Origin: Paenalcaligenes sp.
GTDB taxonomy: Bacteria > Pseudomonadota > Gammaproteobacteria > Burkholderiales > Burkholderiaceae_B
Length of the DNA stretch: 64,000 bases
Direction: 5' to 3'
Assembly: GCA_027317645.1 (NCBI GenBank)
Contig: DAHVQS010000003.1
Coordinates: 9,236-73,235 of the forward strand
Shown here: positions 20,331 to 30,586 of the stretch, piece by piece
Numbering within the stretch: the stretch's first letter is position 1
How the letters are laid out: every line of letters begins with the position of its first letter
The notes under the pieces: model-generated
What the model was told of the DNA's origin: nothing
Seen by the model: the letters and a program-made list of their open reading frames with translations, nothing else
Databases searched by the model: none
Position numbers and translations under genes: made by a program

Positions 20331-21266
20331 ATGCGTGAATTAGTTCTTTTGTGTTCCCAAGAGCAGGCCGACATGCTGGCCGACGCTATGTTGGACTTTG
20401 GGGTACTATCGGTCAGCGTCGAGGATGCTGACGTCGACACCGTTGATGAGCGCCCTTTATACGGTGAGCCCGGGTTAGAGCCCGAGGTTTTCGGGTGGCG
20501 CCGCAACCGTGTGGTGGCGCTGTTGCCCGATGAATTGAATGAATATGAAATCATTGACCATTTAAATGCGACAGGGATTGTTGAATTAGGCCCGGCCGAT
20601 TGGGAATTGCGTCGGGTGCCCGATGAGGATTGGGTGCGTCATGTACAGGCGCAATTTGGCCCAATCAGCATTGGCGATCGCATTCTCATTGTGCCCAGCT
20701 GGCGCCGCGAAGAGGTGCTTTCTGAGGTGTATCCCAAAGAGGACCAGGTACTCATCGAGCTCGACCCCGGGCTGGCTTTTGGTACCGGCAGTCACCCCAC
20801 CACACATTTATGTCTCGAGTGGCTGGCCAAGCACGTCAAACAAGGCGATGATGTGCTGGATTATGGTTGTGGTTCGGGTGTGTTGGCCATTGCCGCTAAA
20901 AAGCTGGGCGCCAACCAAGTGGATGCCGTAGATATTGACCATCAGGCCGTGTTTGCCACCAAGGGCAATGCACGGGCCAATCAGGTACGTCTACGCGCCA
21001 TGCACTCGGACGATCTCCCCACCGAGCACAAGGGGCAGTATGATATTGTGGTAGCCAATATATTGTCTAATCCACTCAAGGTATTGGCCCCTTTGCTGAC
21101 GGCCTACGTCAAGCCAGGAGGCTTGCTGGCGATATCGGGCATTTTGGCTTGGCAGGCCAAAGAAATGCAAGAGGCCTACCGAGACTACATGCATATCAAG
21201 GCTTGGCGCGAACGCGAGGGTTGGGTATGTATTGTGGGTCAGCGCACAGGGGCGATTGACGAATAG
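20331..21266 (+). CDS. prmA: Ribosomal protein L11 methyltransferase
   Basis: SAM motif LDYGCGSGVLAI and NILSNPL. Start set at MRELVLL (ATG 20331), downstream of the terminator hairpin. Confidence 0.9.
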   Translation: MRELVLLCSQEQADMLADAMLDFGVLSVSVEDADVDTVDERPLYGEPGLEPEVFGWRRNRVVALLPDELNEYEIIDHLNATGIVELGPADWELRRVPDEDWVRHVQAQFGPISIGDRILIVPSWRREEVLSEVYPKEDQVLIELDPGLAFGTGSHPTTHLCLEWLAKHVKQGDDVLDYGCGSGVLAIAAKKLGANQVDAVDIDHQAVFATKGNARANQVRLRAMHSDDLPTEHKGQYDIVVANILSNPLKVLAPLLTAYVKPGGLLAISGILAWQAKEMQEAYRDYMHIKAWREREGWVCIVGQRTGAIDE

Positions 21267-21277
21267 TTAGAAGAGCC

Positions 21278-22372
21278 ATGATCACGCTTACGACACAGTG
21301 CCCAGAATGTCAGACGCAGTTTAGTGTTGACGGCGACGCGCTGAGGCGTCGCAAGGGGTTGGTGCGTTGTGTGCACTGCCAAGAGATCTTTGACGGCTAC
21401 GAGGCCGTCGTGAGCGATACAAAAGCATCTTCAGCATCTCCAACATCCTCTGCATCTTCAACCTCCTCAGCATCTTCCCAGGCGCTTGAGCCTGTAGACG
21501 ATGCGCCCATAGATGATTTTTCTATGGCAGCGTCAGATGCGCTATTTGTTGAACCCGATCTCCCTTTTATCGATACAAAGGCAGCCACAGAGACTGATTC
21601 AACAGTAGAGGCAACGCCTGAACCTCCTTTTGAGTTTTTTGTGGAGGACGCCGATGAGCTCGAGGGTGAATCGCAGCCTGATTTGCCCACAGAGCTACCC
21701 GCAGAAATTCTCAACGCGCCCACGACAGAGCCCGTCTTTTTCATCGAAGATGAGGCCGATAGGCCTGTAGACGATGCACCCACTGTCGCCCCAGTCATTG
21801 GGGCGGCCCCCTCGGCGACCCCAGAGGCGGTCGATCCTGTCTACGCCGAGCGTCGTATTGAGCCCCCCCATTTCTCTTGGCGTGATTCTTTGCGTCGATT
21901 GGCCTGGCAATTGTTGTTGTGGGGGTTGGTCGGGGCAGCATTGTTGCAGGCGGCCTATGTGTATCGTGCCCAGATTGCCCTACATGCGCCGTTCATGCGG
22001 CCTGCCTTACAATCATTCTGTGCGTATGTGGGGTGCCAGGTGCCCTACTTACGGGCTCTTTCGGCCATTGATATTACCTATAGTCGCCTTTCGCGCGAAG
22101 CGCGGTCTGCCGATGATGGACAGCAGTATTTATTGCAGGTGGGTCTTAACAACACCGCCTCTGTCCCGCAGGAGTGGCCTACCTTGCTCATTACCTTTAG
22201 TGATGTATCGGCGGCAGTGATCGCGCGTTTAAAGGTGACTCCTGAGCAATACCTAAGTGCGGCTCAGCTTAAGGGTCCTTTTTTGCCTGGACAGGTGATC
22301 GATCTGCGATTACAGGTTGAGGCGCAGGATACCCAGATCAATGGATTCAAAGTAGACAAGTTTTTCTCTTAA
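21278..22372 (+). CDS. Zinc-ribbon (MJ0042-type) plus DUF3426-like membrane protein
   Basis: 364 aa. N-terminal CPECQ...CVHCQ ribbon, acidic and Ser-rich low-complexity linker, one TM segment (LAWQLLLWGLVGAALL), then a C-terminal beta-rich domain. Its usual position is after prmA. Confidence 0.7.
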   Translation: MITLTTQCPECQTQFSVDGDALRRRKGLVRCVHCQEIFDGYEAVVSDTKASSASPTSSASSTSSASSQALEPVDDAPIDDFSMAASDALFVEPDLPFIDTKAATETDSTVEATPEPPFEFFVEDADELEGESQPDLPTELPAEILNAPTTEPVFFIEDEADRPVDDAPTVAPVIGAAPSATPEAVDPVYAERRIEPPHFSWRDSLRRLAWQLLLWGLVGAALLQAAYVYRAQIALHAPFMRPALQSFCAYVGCQVPYLRALSAIDITYSRLSREARSADDGQQYLLQVGLNNTASVPQEWPTLLITFSDVSAAVIARLKVTPEQYLSAAQLKGPFLPGQVIDLRLQVEAQDTQINGFKVDKFFS

Positions 22373-22380
22373 AGGTAAAG

Positions 22381-23334
22381 ATGACAAGACGAATTTTAGT
22401 TTGCGGCTCATTGGCCTTCGATATGATTGCAGTATTTGAAGGGCGTTTCAAAGAACATATACTGCCTGAGCATGTGCCTAACTTGAGCGTATCCTTTTTT
22501 GTACCCGCCCTGCGTAAAGAGTTTGGCGGTTGCGCGGGTAATATCTCTTATAACCTGGCGCTGTTGGGTGCACAGGCGGTGCCCGTGGGGACTGTGGGTC
22601 ACGATGCGGGCGAGTACCTCGAACGCATGCGCACCTTAGGCATTGAGACTGACATGATCAAGGTGGTGCCTCAGGAGTTTTCCGCGCAATGCTTTATTAC
22701 CACGGATATGGACAGCAATCAGATCGCCTCTTTTCACCCGGGGGCCATGCAGTTCTCTTCCCGTAATGATCTGACGGGCCAAAAAGCAGCTTGGGCGATT
22801 GTGGCGCCCGATGCCAAAGAGGCTATGATCGCGCACGCTCAACGATTGCAGCAGTCTAATATTCCTTTTGTGTTTGATTTGGGGCAGGCCATGCCTTTAT
22901 TTAATGGGGACGACCTCAATGACATGATCGCCCGCGCCGACATCTTGACGGCCAACGACTATGAGGCGACCGTCATCCAAGAACGCACGGGTAAATCCAT
23001 GGATGAAATCGCCGAGCAACTACAGGCGGTGATTGTCACGCACGGTGCCAAGGGTGCGATGTTGTATCATAAAGGGTCCAAGCGCGAGGTCGCACCTGTC
23101 GTCGCCGATGAGGTGTTGGACCCCACGGGTTGTGGGGATGCCCACCGCGCAGGTTTGCTGTATGGCCTGACGTCTGGTTGGTCCCTATACGAGGCTGCAT
23201 GTTTGGGCAATATCATGGGCAGTATTAAAATTGCCTCACAGGGACCACAAAACCATCAGCCTAAACGCGAACAGATTAACCGCCTCTTGACCGAGGTTTA
23301 TGAGTTAGATGTGGCTGTGCCCACACTGGCTTAA
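22381..23334 (+). CDS. PfkB-family carbohydrate/nucleoside kinase
   Basis: 317 aa. Contains GGCAGNISYNL and the C-terminal DPTGCGDAHRAG motif. Confidence 0.8.
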   Translation: MTRRILVCGSLAFDMIAVFEGRFKEHILPEHVPNLSVSFFVPALRKEFGGCAGNISYNLALLGAQAVPVGTVGHDAGEYLERMRTLGIETDMIKVVPQEFSAQCFITTDMDSNQIASFHPGAMQFSSRNDLTGQKAAWAIVAPDAKEAMIAHAQRLQQSNIPFVFDLGQAMPLFNGDDLNDMIARADILTANDYEATVIQERTGKSMDEIAEQLQAVIVTHGAKGAMLYHKGSKREVAPVVADEVLDPTGCGDAHRAGLLYGLTSGWSLYEAACLGNIMGSIKIASQGPQNHQPKREQINRLLTEVYELDVAVPTLA

Positions 23335-23357
23335 ATTTTCCTTCAAAGGAGCAGGTC

Positions 23358-23855
23358 ATGACGACACAAAATAGACATCGTCCCCAGATGGTGCGTTGGT
23401 TCAAGCTCACCGCAGCAGCGCTGGGTGCGGTATTGTTGATTTCGGGTTGCGCGCATCACAGCGCTTCGAGCCAGACTTATACCTATGGACAATCGCAGCG
23501 TGAGCAGGTGGTGCGTTATGGGGTAGTAGAAAGTGTTCGACCCATTACCATTCAGGCCGATCGTTCTTCAGGTATTGGGGCCGCATCCGGGGCAGCCATG
23601 GGTGGGGTCGCCGCCAGCACTATTGGGGGCGGCCGTGGCAAGATCTTAGCAACTATGGGTGGCGCTTTGCTGGGGGGCATTGCCGGTGAGCAGGTCGAGC
23701 ACCGTGTCCAAAAGAGCAAGGGCCTAGAGATCACAGTCAAAATGGATAATGGGGAAACACGCGTGATTGCCCAAGAGGCCGATGTGCCCATTAACGCCGG
23801 TCAGCGCGTGCAAGTGATTAGCGGGGCTGGCCCCGTCCGTGTGAGCCCTATCTAA
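23358..23855 (+). CDS. Glycine-zipper (SlyB-like) outer-membrane lipoprotein
   Basis: 165 aa. Lipobox LISGC. Glycine zipper GIGAASGAAMGGVAASTIGGGRG. Confidence 0.8.
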   Translation: MTTQNRHRPQMVRWFKLTAAALGAVLLISGCAHHSASSQTYTYGQSQREQVVRYGVVESVRPITIQADRSSGIGAASGAAMGGVAASTIGGGRGKILATMGGALLGGIAGEQVEHRVQKSKGLEITVKMDNGETRVIAQEADVPINAGQRVQVISGAGPVRVSPI

Positions 23856-23880
23856 GCGCACAGCGCCCCCACACGAATCA

Positions 23881-23929
23881 AGCCCTGTCCCACATGGATA
23901 TAACGCACGTGTGGGATCAGGGCTTTTTT
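23881..23929 (+). terminator. Intrinsic terminator after the SlyB-like gene
   Basis: AGCCCTGTCCCACA...TGTGGGATCAGGGCT followed by TTTTTT. Confidence 0.65.
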
Positions 23930-24003
23930 GCCTTTGTTAGTGATGCGGGCTGCCGATGTGGTGTCACTGCCAGATTGCAAGCCCAGTTGGCCCAGTTGGC
24001 CCA

Positions 24004-24558
24004 TTAAAATGTCAGCAAATCACTAAACAAAATATTTCTATTGATGTTATTGATCACCACAATGAGCACCTGGGTGATGATCAAAACAATGAGGGGGGAA
24101 AAATCGATGGCGCCTGTGCTGGGCATCCGACTGCGAATGGGGTTCAAAATGGGTGCAGTGAGTGCATTGAGCAAGGGCGCAATAGGGGCCGCCGGGTTAA
24201 TCCAAGAAAGCAGTGCTTGAATAATAATGGCCCAAAACATCGTATTTAACCACCACTCGACCCCGGTCAGTAGGGCAGCGATAATTTGGCCTAATGGATT
24301 AAAGAGCTGAAAATTAAACAGCGTCAATAAATATAAAAAGGCGGCGATCCAGACAACGATGATACTGGGCCAGTCAAATTGGCCACGCGGTGCAATCAAA
24401 CGCTGCATCGGTAGGCTGGCCCAATCAGTAAAGCGGTAAATGGTCTGAGAAAAAGGGTTAAAGGGTGGAATGCGTGAGGCGTAAAACCAGGCGCGCAGTA
24501 TAAAAACAAATCCGATTAGTCGAATAATCAAACTCAAAATCGTCACGGTAATGCCCAT
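24004..24558 (-). CDS. yggT: YggT-family integral membrane protein
   Basis: 184 aa. Two YGGT-type repeats, four hydrophobic segments, and the motifs NPFSQ and PIRS-like (NPIRSRMP). Confidence 0.8.
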   Translation of the reverse strand: MGITVTILSLIIRLIGFVFILRAWFYASRIPPFNPFSQTIYRFTDWASLPMQRLIAPRGQFDWPSIIVVWIAAFLYLLTLFNFQLFNPLGQIIAALLTGVEWWLNTMFWAIIIQALLSWINPAAPIAPLLNALTAPILNPIRSRMPSTGAIDFSPLIVLIITQVLIVVINNINRNILFSDLLTF

Positions 24559-24578
24559 AGTCTATAGCCTAATAATGC

Positions 24579-24722
24579 CTAGTCGGTTTCCTCAGTGGGA
24601 TGTGTGGGGTAGGGCCAAGAGCCCTCGGGGTTGGGGGTGGTCTTTACATAAGGGGCCTGATCAGTATTGCTATCCTCTGGATATACCGTGGAATCAGGGT
24701 GTGGATTATGGGCAGATGCCAT
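24579..24722 (-). CDS. Hypothetical 47-aa Pro/acidic small protein upstream of yggT
   Basis: Hand translation gives MASAHNPHPDSTVYPEDSNTDQAPYVKTTPNPEGSWPYPTHPTEETD. An AAGGAA Shine-Dalgarno sequence lies 8 nt upstream. There is a 20-nt gap to yggT. I recognise no family. Confidence 0.3.
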   Translation of the reverse strand: MASAHNPHPDSTVYPEDSNTDQAPYVKTTPNPEGSWPYPTHPTEETD

Positions 24723-24988
24723 GATTGAGGTTCCTTTTTGTAAAAAGATGAACACAAATAAAGCCCGTGTCGGCTGAATGCTAGGCGCCTCTCAACGAGC
24801 ATACTGGGTAGTTTACCAAATTGTGGTATGGTTTTTGCGACGGTGAGGGGGTAAGGACAGAAATATTTATTTTGCTTTTGCTTATGTTTTGATGTCACTT
24901 GCCTGCTGGACAGGATAATATAAGGGTAAATATAGGGGCGTCAGACGCCACACTGTGTTCACACAATCACCATTGTGTAAGGAAAACT

Positions 24989-25507
24989 ATGCTTGGTATG
25001 CCAATTTCTCAGTCTTGCAAACGGCTCATGACCTTGGGGGCTACCCTGGGCATGGGGTTATTGATTACTGCTTGCTCTATGCCGGTGCAGGAAAAACAGG
25101 ATGCGACCGCGCAAACGGCCATCCCCGATGAGTGCACCGCGCCCGCTGCGGATGCGCCCGCAGTGGGCAATTGGCTCAATAAACGCAAAGAAAAAGGCGT
25201 GACTGGCGAGCTGCGGACGTTGTTTACCCTCAAGGCCGATGGCAGCATGCTATTTACCGAACAACTCAAACGCCCCAAGCAGCCATCGCAGGGCATCAAC
25301 GAGAGTGGTTGCTGGCATCTCGATGGGGATCACATCGTCTTGCAGACCCATAAATCCAACGGGATGGTCGTGGATATAGACGATCCTATTTATACCAATC
25401 GCTACCGCATCGTGTCTGTCGATGAGGACGAGCTGCTCCTCGAGTCCGAGGCTGGGCAGCAGTATGCGACCCAGCGGACCTCACCTGGCTATCGCCTGCC
25501 CTTTTAA
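24989..25507 (+). CDS. Hypothetical lipoprotein
   Basis: Start set at MLGMPISQ (an AAGGAAA Shine-Dalgarno sequence is present). Lipobox LITAC. No recognised catalytic motif. Confidence 0.6.
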   Translation: MLGMPISQSCKRLMTLGATLGMGLLITACSMPVQEKQDATAQTAIPDECTAPAADAPAVGNWLNKRKEKGVTGELRTLFTLKADGSMLFTEQLKRPKQPSQGINESGCWHLDGDHIVLQTHKSNGMVVDIDDPIYTNRYRIVSVDEDELLLESEAGQQYATQRTSPGYRLPF

Positions 25508-26919
25508 TTTGCCAGGCTTTGCTCTAAGCGGGCCAGCACACGATCGCGACCCAACAGAAACAGCACGGCATCGATGGCCGGGGTCTGGCGCTGTCCTGTC
25601 ACGGCCACACGCATGGGGATCCCCAATTGGGGCATCCGCGCGCCCTGCGCTTTGAGTACCTCTTTGATGGTGGCGCTAATTGCATCTACGCTCCACTCCT
25701 CTAGGGCTTGGGCGCGCTGGTTAAAGTCGTGCAGCAGTTGTTTGGCCTCAGGGGTGAGGACTTGTTCTTTGAGCTCGGGGTCAATGGCGGGCATTTCTTG
25801 GTGACAGAACAGCAGCGCCCCATCTGCGAGCTCATTGAGGGTTTCAGCACGGCTTTTGAGCAGTTCCATGACGGCGGGTAAATCCACTAGCTCAGGCTGG
25901 CCGCCGCGCGCCTCGATGCGGGGGGCGACGAGCTCAGCCAACCGCTCATTGGTGCTTTCTTTGATGTAGTGAGCATTGACCCAGCGCAGTTTTTTGGGAT
26001 CCCATTGCGCCGGTGAACGGCTCAGGTTGCGGGTATTAAACCAGTCAATAAACTCTGCACGGCTAAAGAGCTCGGCATCGCCATGACTCCAGCCCAGGCG
26101 CGCCAAATAATTCACCATGGCCTCGGGTAAAAAGCCCTGCTCATCATATTCTAGGATGCTGACCGCCCCATGGCGTTTTGAGAGTTTTTCACCATCTGGG
26201 CCCAAAATCATGGGGACATGACCATAGGCGGGGAGCTCAGCCCCCAAAGCCTCGAGCAAAGTGATTTGACGGGCTGTATTGTTGACATGGTCATCCCCGC
26301 GGATCACGTGAGTGATTTTCATATCCCAATCATCCACCACCACGCAAAAGTTATAGGTGGGCGTGCCATCCGAGCGTGCAATGACGAGATCATCAAGCTC
26401 GTCGTTGGGGATGGAAATAGGGCCTTTGACCAAGTCATCCCAGGTGGTGGCACCTGTTTGTGGGCTTTTAAAGCGGACAACGGGTTGTCTGTCAGCGGGG
26501 ATTTCGGGCAGCGTTTTACCGGGCTCAGGACGCCAAGTGCCATCGTAGCGGGGCTTGAGTCCCTGGGCACGGGCGCGTTCACGCATCGCCTCGACCTCTT
26601 CTGGGGTGCTATAGCAATAATAAGCCGTCCCTTCATCCAGCATTTTTTGGATGACCTCTTGGTGGCGTTCGATACGCTGGCTTTGGTAAAAAGGCCCTTC
26701 ATCGGCCTCGAGGCCGAGCCACTGCATGCCGTCCAGGATAATTTGAACAGCCTCGGGGGTGGAACGTTCGCGGTCAGTATCCTCGATACGCAAGACAAAT
26801 TTTCCTTGGTGGTGGCGCGCAAAGGCCCATGAAAAAAGGGCCGTACGGGCGCCACCAAGGTGTAGATCACCAGTTGGCGAGGGGGCAAAACGGGTGCGGA
26901 CTATGGTTTCTGAATTCAT
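25504..26919 (-). CDS. gltX: Glutamate--tRNA ligase
   Basis: Contains [18 protein letters not shown] (HIGH-type) and KLSKRHG (KMSKS-type). Start set at MNSETIV. Confidence 0.95.
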   Translation of the reverse strand: MNSETIVRTRFAPSPTGDLHLGGARTALFSWAFARHHQGKFVLRIEDTDRERSTPEAVQIILDGMQWLGLEADEGPFYQSQRIERHQEVIQKMLDEGTAYYCYSTPEEVEAMRERARAQGLKPRYDGTWRPEPGKTLPEIPADRQPVVRFKSPQTGATTWDDLVKGPISIPNDELDDLVIARSDGTPTYNFCVVVDDWDMKITHVIRGDDHVNNTARQITLLEALGAELPAYGHVPMILGPDGEKLSKRHGAVSILEYDEQGFLPEAMVNYLARLGWSHGDAELFSRAEFIDWFNTRNLSRSPAQWDPKKLRWVNAHYIKESTNERLAELVAPRIEARGGQPELVDLPAVMELLKSRAETLNELADGALLFCHQEMPAIDPELKEQVLTPEAKQLLHDFNQRAQALEEWSVDAISATIKEVLKAQGARMPQLGIPMRVAVTGQRQTPAIDAVLFLLGRDRVLARLEQSLAN

Positions 26920-26985
26920 AAAAACTGAATGACTGGTCAATAAAATACGGTACTAAAAAACTTTCAAGAGTCAGCGGGCTGTAGG

Positions 26986-27659
26986 CTATGGTTGGGCCGT
27001 CAGGATTTGGCGCAAAAATTTAGCAATGTCTCTGACCTCATGGGGGTGGACTGAATGCGGCATCGGATAGGTATGCCATTCGACGTCATAGCCCATTTTT
27101 TCTAACAATTTGCGGGTGTTTTCACCGCGTTGCAGAGGCACAACGGGGTCTTGGGTGCCATGCGCCATAAAAATAGGGGTGTCCTGGTTAGCTGCATGGC
27201 GCTCTTTGTCGATGACCTCGGCTAAGGGCAGATAGCCTGATAGACAGACCAGCCCGGCCAGACGCTCGGGCCAACGCAATCCAGTCTGCAAAGTCATGGC
27301 ACAACCTTGGGAAAAGCCTGCCAATACAATGCGCGCGCTGGGATGCCCTGCTCAATCTCACGCCGGATAAGCGCCTCTACCCGTGCTTGAGACTCACGCA
27401 GTCCCTTGGCGTCCTCACGGCGGACCAGATCGGTGACATAGATGTCATACCAAGAACGCATGGGCATGCCTGCATTCACAGTGACGGGTTGTACCGGTGC
27501 GTGGGGGAAAACAAAACGGATGTTCAAATCGTCTAGGCCTAATTCGGGCACGATAGGGACAAAGTCATTGCCATCGGCCCCCAATCCGTGCAGCCAAATA
27601 ACGGCATAACGGGCTTCCTTTTCCGGGTTGAGTTCAATGCATTCCAGTAGTTCACTCAT
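26986..27659 (-). pseudogene. Phospholipase/carboxylesterase-family serine hydrolase, interrupted by a frameshift
   Basis: Two consecutive ORFs (27294-27713 and 26986-27324) together make one esterase. The first carries AVIWLHGLGADGNDF...EQGIPA and the second carries RIVLAGFSQGCAM...MAHGTQDPVVP...H. The frames switch inside a GCGCGCGC run at 27331-27338. Confidence 0.75.
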
Positions 27660-27793
27660 TGTTGATTTCCCCTCATTGCTGTGTTTAAGGTTAGACTGTG
27701 TGTTAGCGCACAATTGCGTTTTATCATATTTGCTTGGTCAACGGGCCGTTTTAGCGGTTGCGGGGTGATTCGGGTCTCATACATAGAGTTTTT

Positions 27794-29161
27794 ATGAGTG
27801 ATGTAATGATTTCTAATTTGCCTATTTCTGCAAATCAGCACTTTTTTTCTCAGCTGGTACAAGACGCGCTGGCCGAAGCTAAAAAGCTCGGTGCCACCGA
27901 TGCGGTCGCGCAGGTTTCCGAAAATCGTGGTTTGTCTGTTTCCGTGCGCAAACAAAAAACAGAAAACGTGGAGCAGGCGCGTGAGCGTTCGCTCAGTATT
28001 ACCGTTTTTGATGGCCAAAAGCGTGGTGCTGCATCGACGGCTGATTTTACCCCGCAAGCCCTACGTGAAACAGTCGCTGCAGCGTGGCACATCGCGCGTT
28101 TTACCGCTGAGGACCCCGCAGCAGGACTGCCAGATGATGAAGATTTGGCCTATCAATACCCTGATCTGGCGTTGTATCGGCCCTGGCCATTGAGCCCCGA
28201 ACAGGCCACCCAATGGGCACTACGGGCCGAGCGCGCTGCCCTATCTTACCATCCTGAGATCAGTAATAGCGAAGGGGCCAGCATAGACAGCTACGAGGGG
28301 CATTTTGTGCTCGGCAATAGCCGTGGCTTTCTAGGGGGCTATCCGTATAGCCGTCACAGCATCAGTGTATCGCCTATTGCGGGTCAGGGGGCCAAGATGC
28401 AGCGTGATTATTGGTACAGCGTGGCGCGCGCTGCACACAAATTAGATAGCCCCGAGCAAGTGGGGGCGCGTGCTGCCGAGCGCACGGTCTCTCGCCTCAA
28501 TCCTAGGGTGGCTTCGACCGGGCGCTACCCCGTGATTTTCGAGGCGTCGCTGGCGGCGGGTTTGTTGGGGTCTTTTGTACGCGCCAATAGTGGCGGGGCG
28601 TTATATCGTCAAGCCAGCTTTTTGGTGGATGCCTTGGGTCAAGAGATCTTTGCGCCGCATATTCGTATTGTTGAGCAACCCTACCTCCAAGGCGGCTTGG
28701 GCAGTGCCCCTTTTGATGGTGAAGGGGTCCGTACCCAAGCCCGTGACATTGTGGCTGCGGGGCAGTTAAATGGACACTTTTTATCCAGTTATACAGCCCG
28801 TAAATTGGGGATGAAGACCACAGGCAACGCGGCAGGGGCACATAATCTCATATTGCAATCGGATCACACCACCCCTGATTTAGGGCTGCCCGCCTTATTA
28901 AAGGAAATGGGCACCGGCCTTTTGGTGACCGAGCTGATAGGGCAGGGCATCAATATGGTGACCGGGGATTATTCACGTGGCGCCTTTGGTTATTGGGTGG
29001 AAAATGGCGAAATTCAATACCCCGTCCAAGAGATCACCATTGCGGGCAATTTACGCGATATGTTCCGTCAGATTGCTTTGGTGGGAAATGACACCTTGGT
29101 TCGCGGGGGCCGCAAAACGGGCTCAGTTTTAATTGAGCAAATGGCCATTGCAGGACGTTAG
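27794..29161 (+). CDS. pmbA: Metalloprotease PmbA (TldE)
   Basis: PmbA/TldD-family length. C-terminal GDYSRGAFGYWVENGEIQYPV. Start set at MSDVMIS. Confidence 0.88.
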   Translation: MSDVMISNLPISANQHFFSQLVQDALAEAKKLGATDAVAQVSENRGLSVSVRKQKTENVEQARERSLSITVFDGQKRGAASTADFTPQALRETVAAAWHIARFTAEDPAAGLPDDEDLAYQYPDLALYRPWPLSPEQATQWALRAERAALSYHPEISNSEGASIDSYEGHFVLGNSRGFLGGYPYSRHSISVSPIAGQGAKMQRDYWYSVARAAHKLDSPEQVGARAAERTVSRLNPRVASTGRYPVIFEASLAAGLLGSFVRANSGGALYRQASFLVDALGQEIFAPHIRIVEQPYLQGGLGSAPFDGEGVRTQARDIVAAGQLNGHFLSSYTARKLGMKTTGNAAGAHNLILQSDHTTPDLGLPALLKEMGTGLLVTELIGQGINMVTGDYSRGAFGYWVENGEIQYPVQEITIAGNLRDMFRQIALVGNDTLVRGGRKTGSVLIEQMAIAGR

Positions 29162-29297
29162 CGTGTCGACAGGGCAAGCCATATATGCTCATTAAGTTTG
29201 ACAGCAGGTGCATAATAATGGATATTGGCATGTTGTAACACACCGTATTATGTGCTTATTTTTATTCATTACCTGAACGCGAAGGAGGGTCTGCACC

Positions 29298-30410
29298 ATG
29301 CAGCGTCGTTCATTTTTAAAAAAGGCAGGCTTAGGTGCTGTCGCTGGTACGGCCGCAGTGGCTGCTCCCGCAGTTGCCGAGAGTTTGCCAAAAATCAGCT
29401 GGAAGATGACTTCTACCTATGGGCCATCTTTGCCGGCGCTATTTAGTACCGCCGAGATGTTTACCCAAATGGTCGAAGAGGCCACTGACGGTAATTTTTC
29501 AATCCGCCTCTATCCGGCCGGCGAAATTGTCCCCGGTTTTGAGGTCATGGACGCCGTGTCTGACGGTACAGTTGAGATGGGCCAAACTGCCTCGTATTAC
29601 TACTACGGCAAGGACCCCTCTTTTTGTTTTGACACCGCTGTTCCATTTGGTTTAAATGCACGCCAGATGCAGTCTTGGCTGTTCAATGGGGGCGGTTTAG
29701 AGCTGATGCGCGAGCTCTTTGCCACGCGCAATATCGTCAACTTCCCCATGGGTGACACCGGGACTCAGATGGGGGGCTGGTATCGCAAAGAGATCAATTC
29801 GGTTGAGGACCTCAAAGGGCTCAAGATGCGCACTGCTGGCTTTGCGGGCGAGGTATTGGCGCGCATGGGTGTGGTGCCGCAGCAGGTACCCCCTGGTGAT
29901 ATTTATCCCTCACTGGAAAAGGGCACGCTAGACGCGGTTGAGTTTGTGGGCCCCATGGATGACGAGCGTTTGGGTTTCCAAAAAGTTGCCAAGTACTATT
30001 ACTACCCCGGCTGGTGGGAGGGGGCAGGTCAGGTTTCGCTCTACGTAAACCAAGATGCCTACGAGCAGCTGCCCAAGCAGTACAAGTCCTTGGTTGCCAC
30101 GGCTTCCCGTGCAGCGGGTCAAAATATGTTGTCCACCTACGATGCTGAAAACCCAGCAGCTTTGCGTCGCCTGATTGCCAGCGGGGCCGTCCTCAAACCG
30201 TTCCCACGTGACGTCATGGATGCCGCTTTTGAGGCATCTAACGAGGTGTACAAAGAGTTCTGCGAGGCAGACGAGGGCTTTAAAAAGATCTACGACAGCT
30301 ATATGGCTTTCCGTGATGAGTCCGTACCTTGGTTCCGTGTGGCCGAGGGCTCGTATGACAACTTCTTGGGCATTGCATTGGCGCAACAACGTCAGCGTTC
30401 TGGCTCATAG
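29298..30410 (+). CDS. TRAP-transporter solute-binding protein (DctP-type) with twin-arginine signal, orphan
   Basis: 370 aa. Starts MQRRSFLKKAGLGAVAGTAAVAAPAVA. Strong GAAGGAGGG Shine-Dalgarno sequence. No adjacent Q or M permease genes. Confidence 0.75.
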   Translation: MQRRSFLKKAGLGAVAGTAAVAAPAVAESLPKISWKMTSTYGPSLPALFSTAEMFTQMVEEATDGNFSIRLYPAGEIVPGFEVMDAVSDGTVEMGQTASYYYYGKDPSFCFDTAVPFGLNARQMQSWLFNGGGLELMRELFATRNIVNFPMGDTGTQMGGWYRKEINSVEDLKGLKMRTAGFAGEVLARMGVVPQQVPPGDIYPSLEKGTLDAVEFVGPMDDERLGFQKVAKYYYYPGWWEGAGQVSLYVNQDAYEQLPKQYKSLVATASRAAGQNMLSTYDAENPAALRRLIASGAVLKPFPRDVMDAAFEASNEVYKEFCEADEGFKKIYDSYMAFRDESVPWFRVAEGSYDNFLGIALAQQRQRSGS

Positions 30411-30457
30411 TCACGTATTGTGTCGCGGATTTGCCGCGTTTTCAGACACAATCCAGA

Positions 30458-30490
30458 GGGTAGGCATTGATTTGCCTGCCCTTTTTCTTT
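30458..30490 (+). terminator. Intrinsic terminator after the orphan TRAP binding-protein gene
   Basis: GGGTAGGCA-TTGATT-TGCCTGCCC followed by TTTTTCTTTT. Confidence 0.65.
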
Positions 30491-30586
30491 TGTATTTTAT
30501 TCATGGTATACTTTTTTTCTTTGCGTACGGGCGAGTAATAACGTCTTGGCGCATTTTTATTGTTATTTTCTTTAAAAGGAACCATC

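Noticed and set aside
21397-21798. 133-aa Ser-rich minus-strand ORF
   Set aside because: It is antisense to the low-complexity linker of the zinc-ribbon/DUF3426 gene, a typical repeat-induced phantom ORF.
24644-24898. 84-aa minus-strand ORF between yggT and the lipoprotein gene
   Set aside because: It has no Shine-Dalgarno sequence, has an odd composition, and spans what looks like a divergent promoter region.
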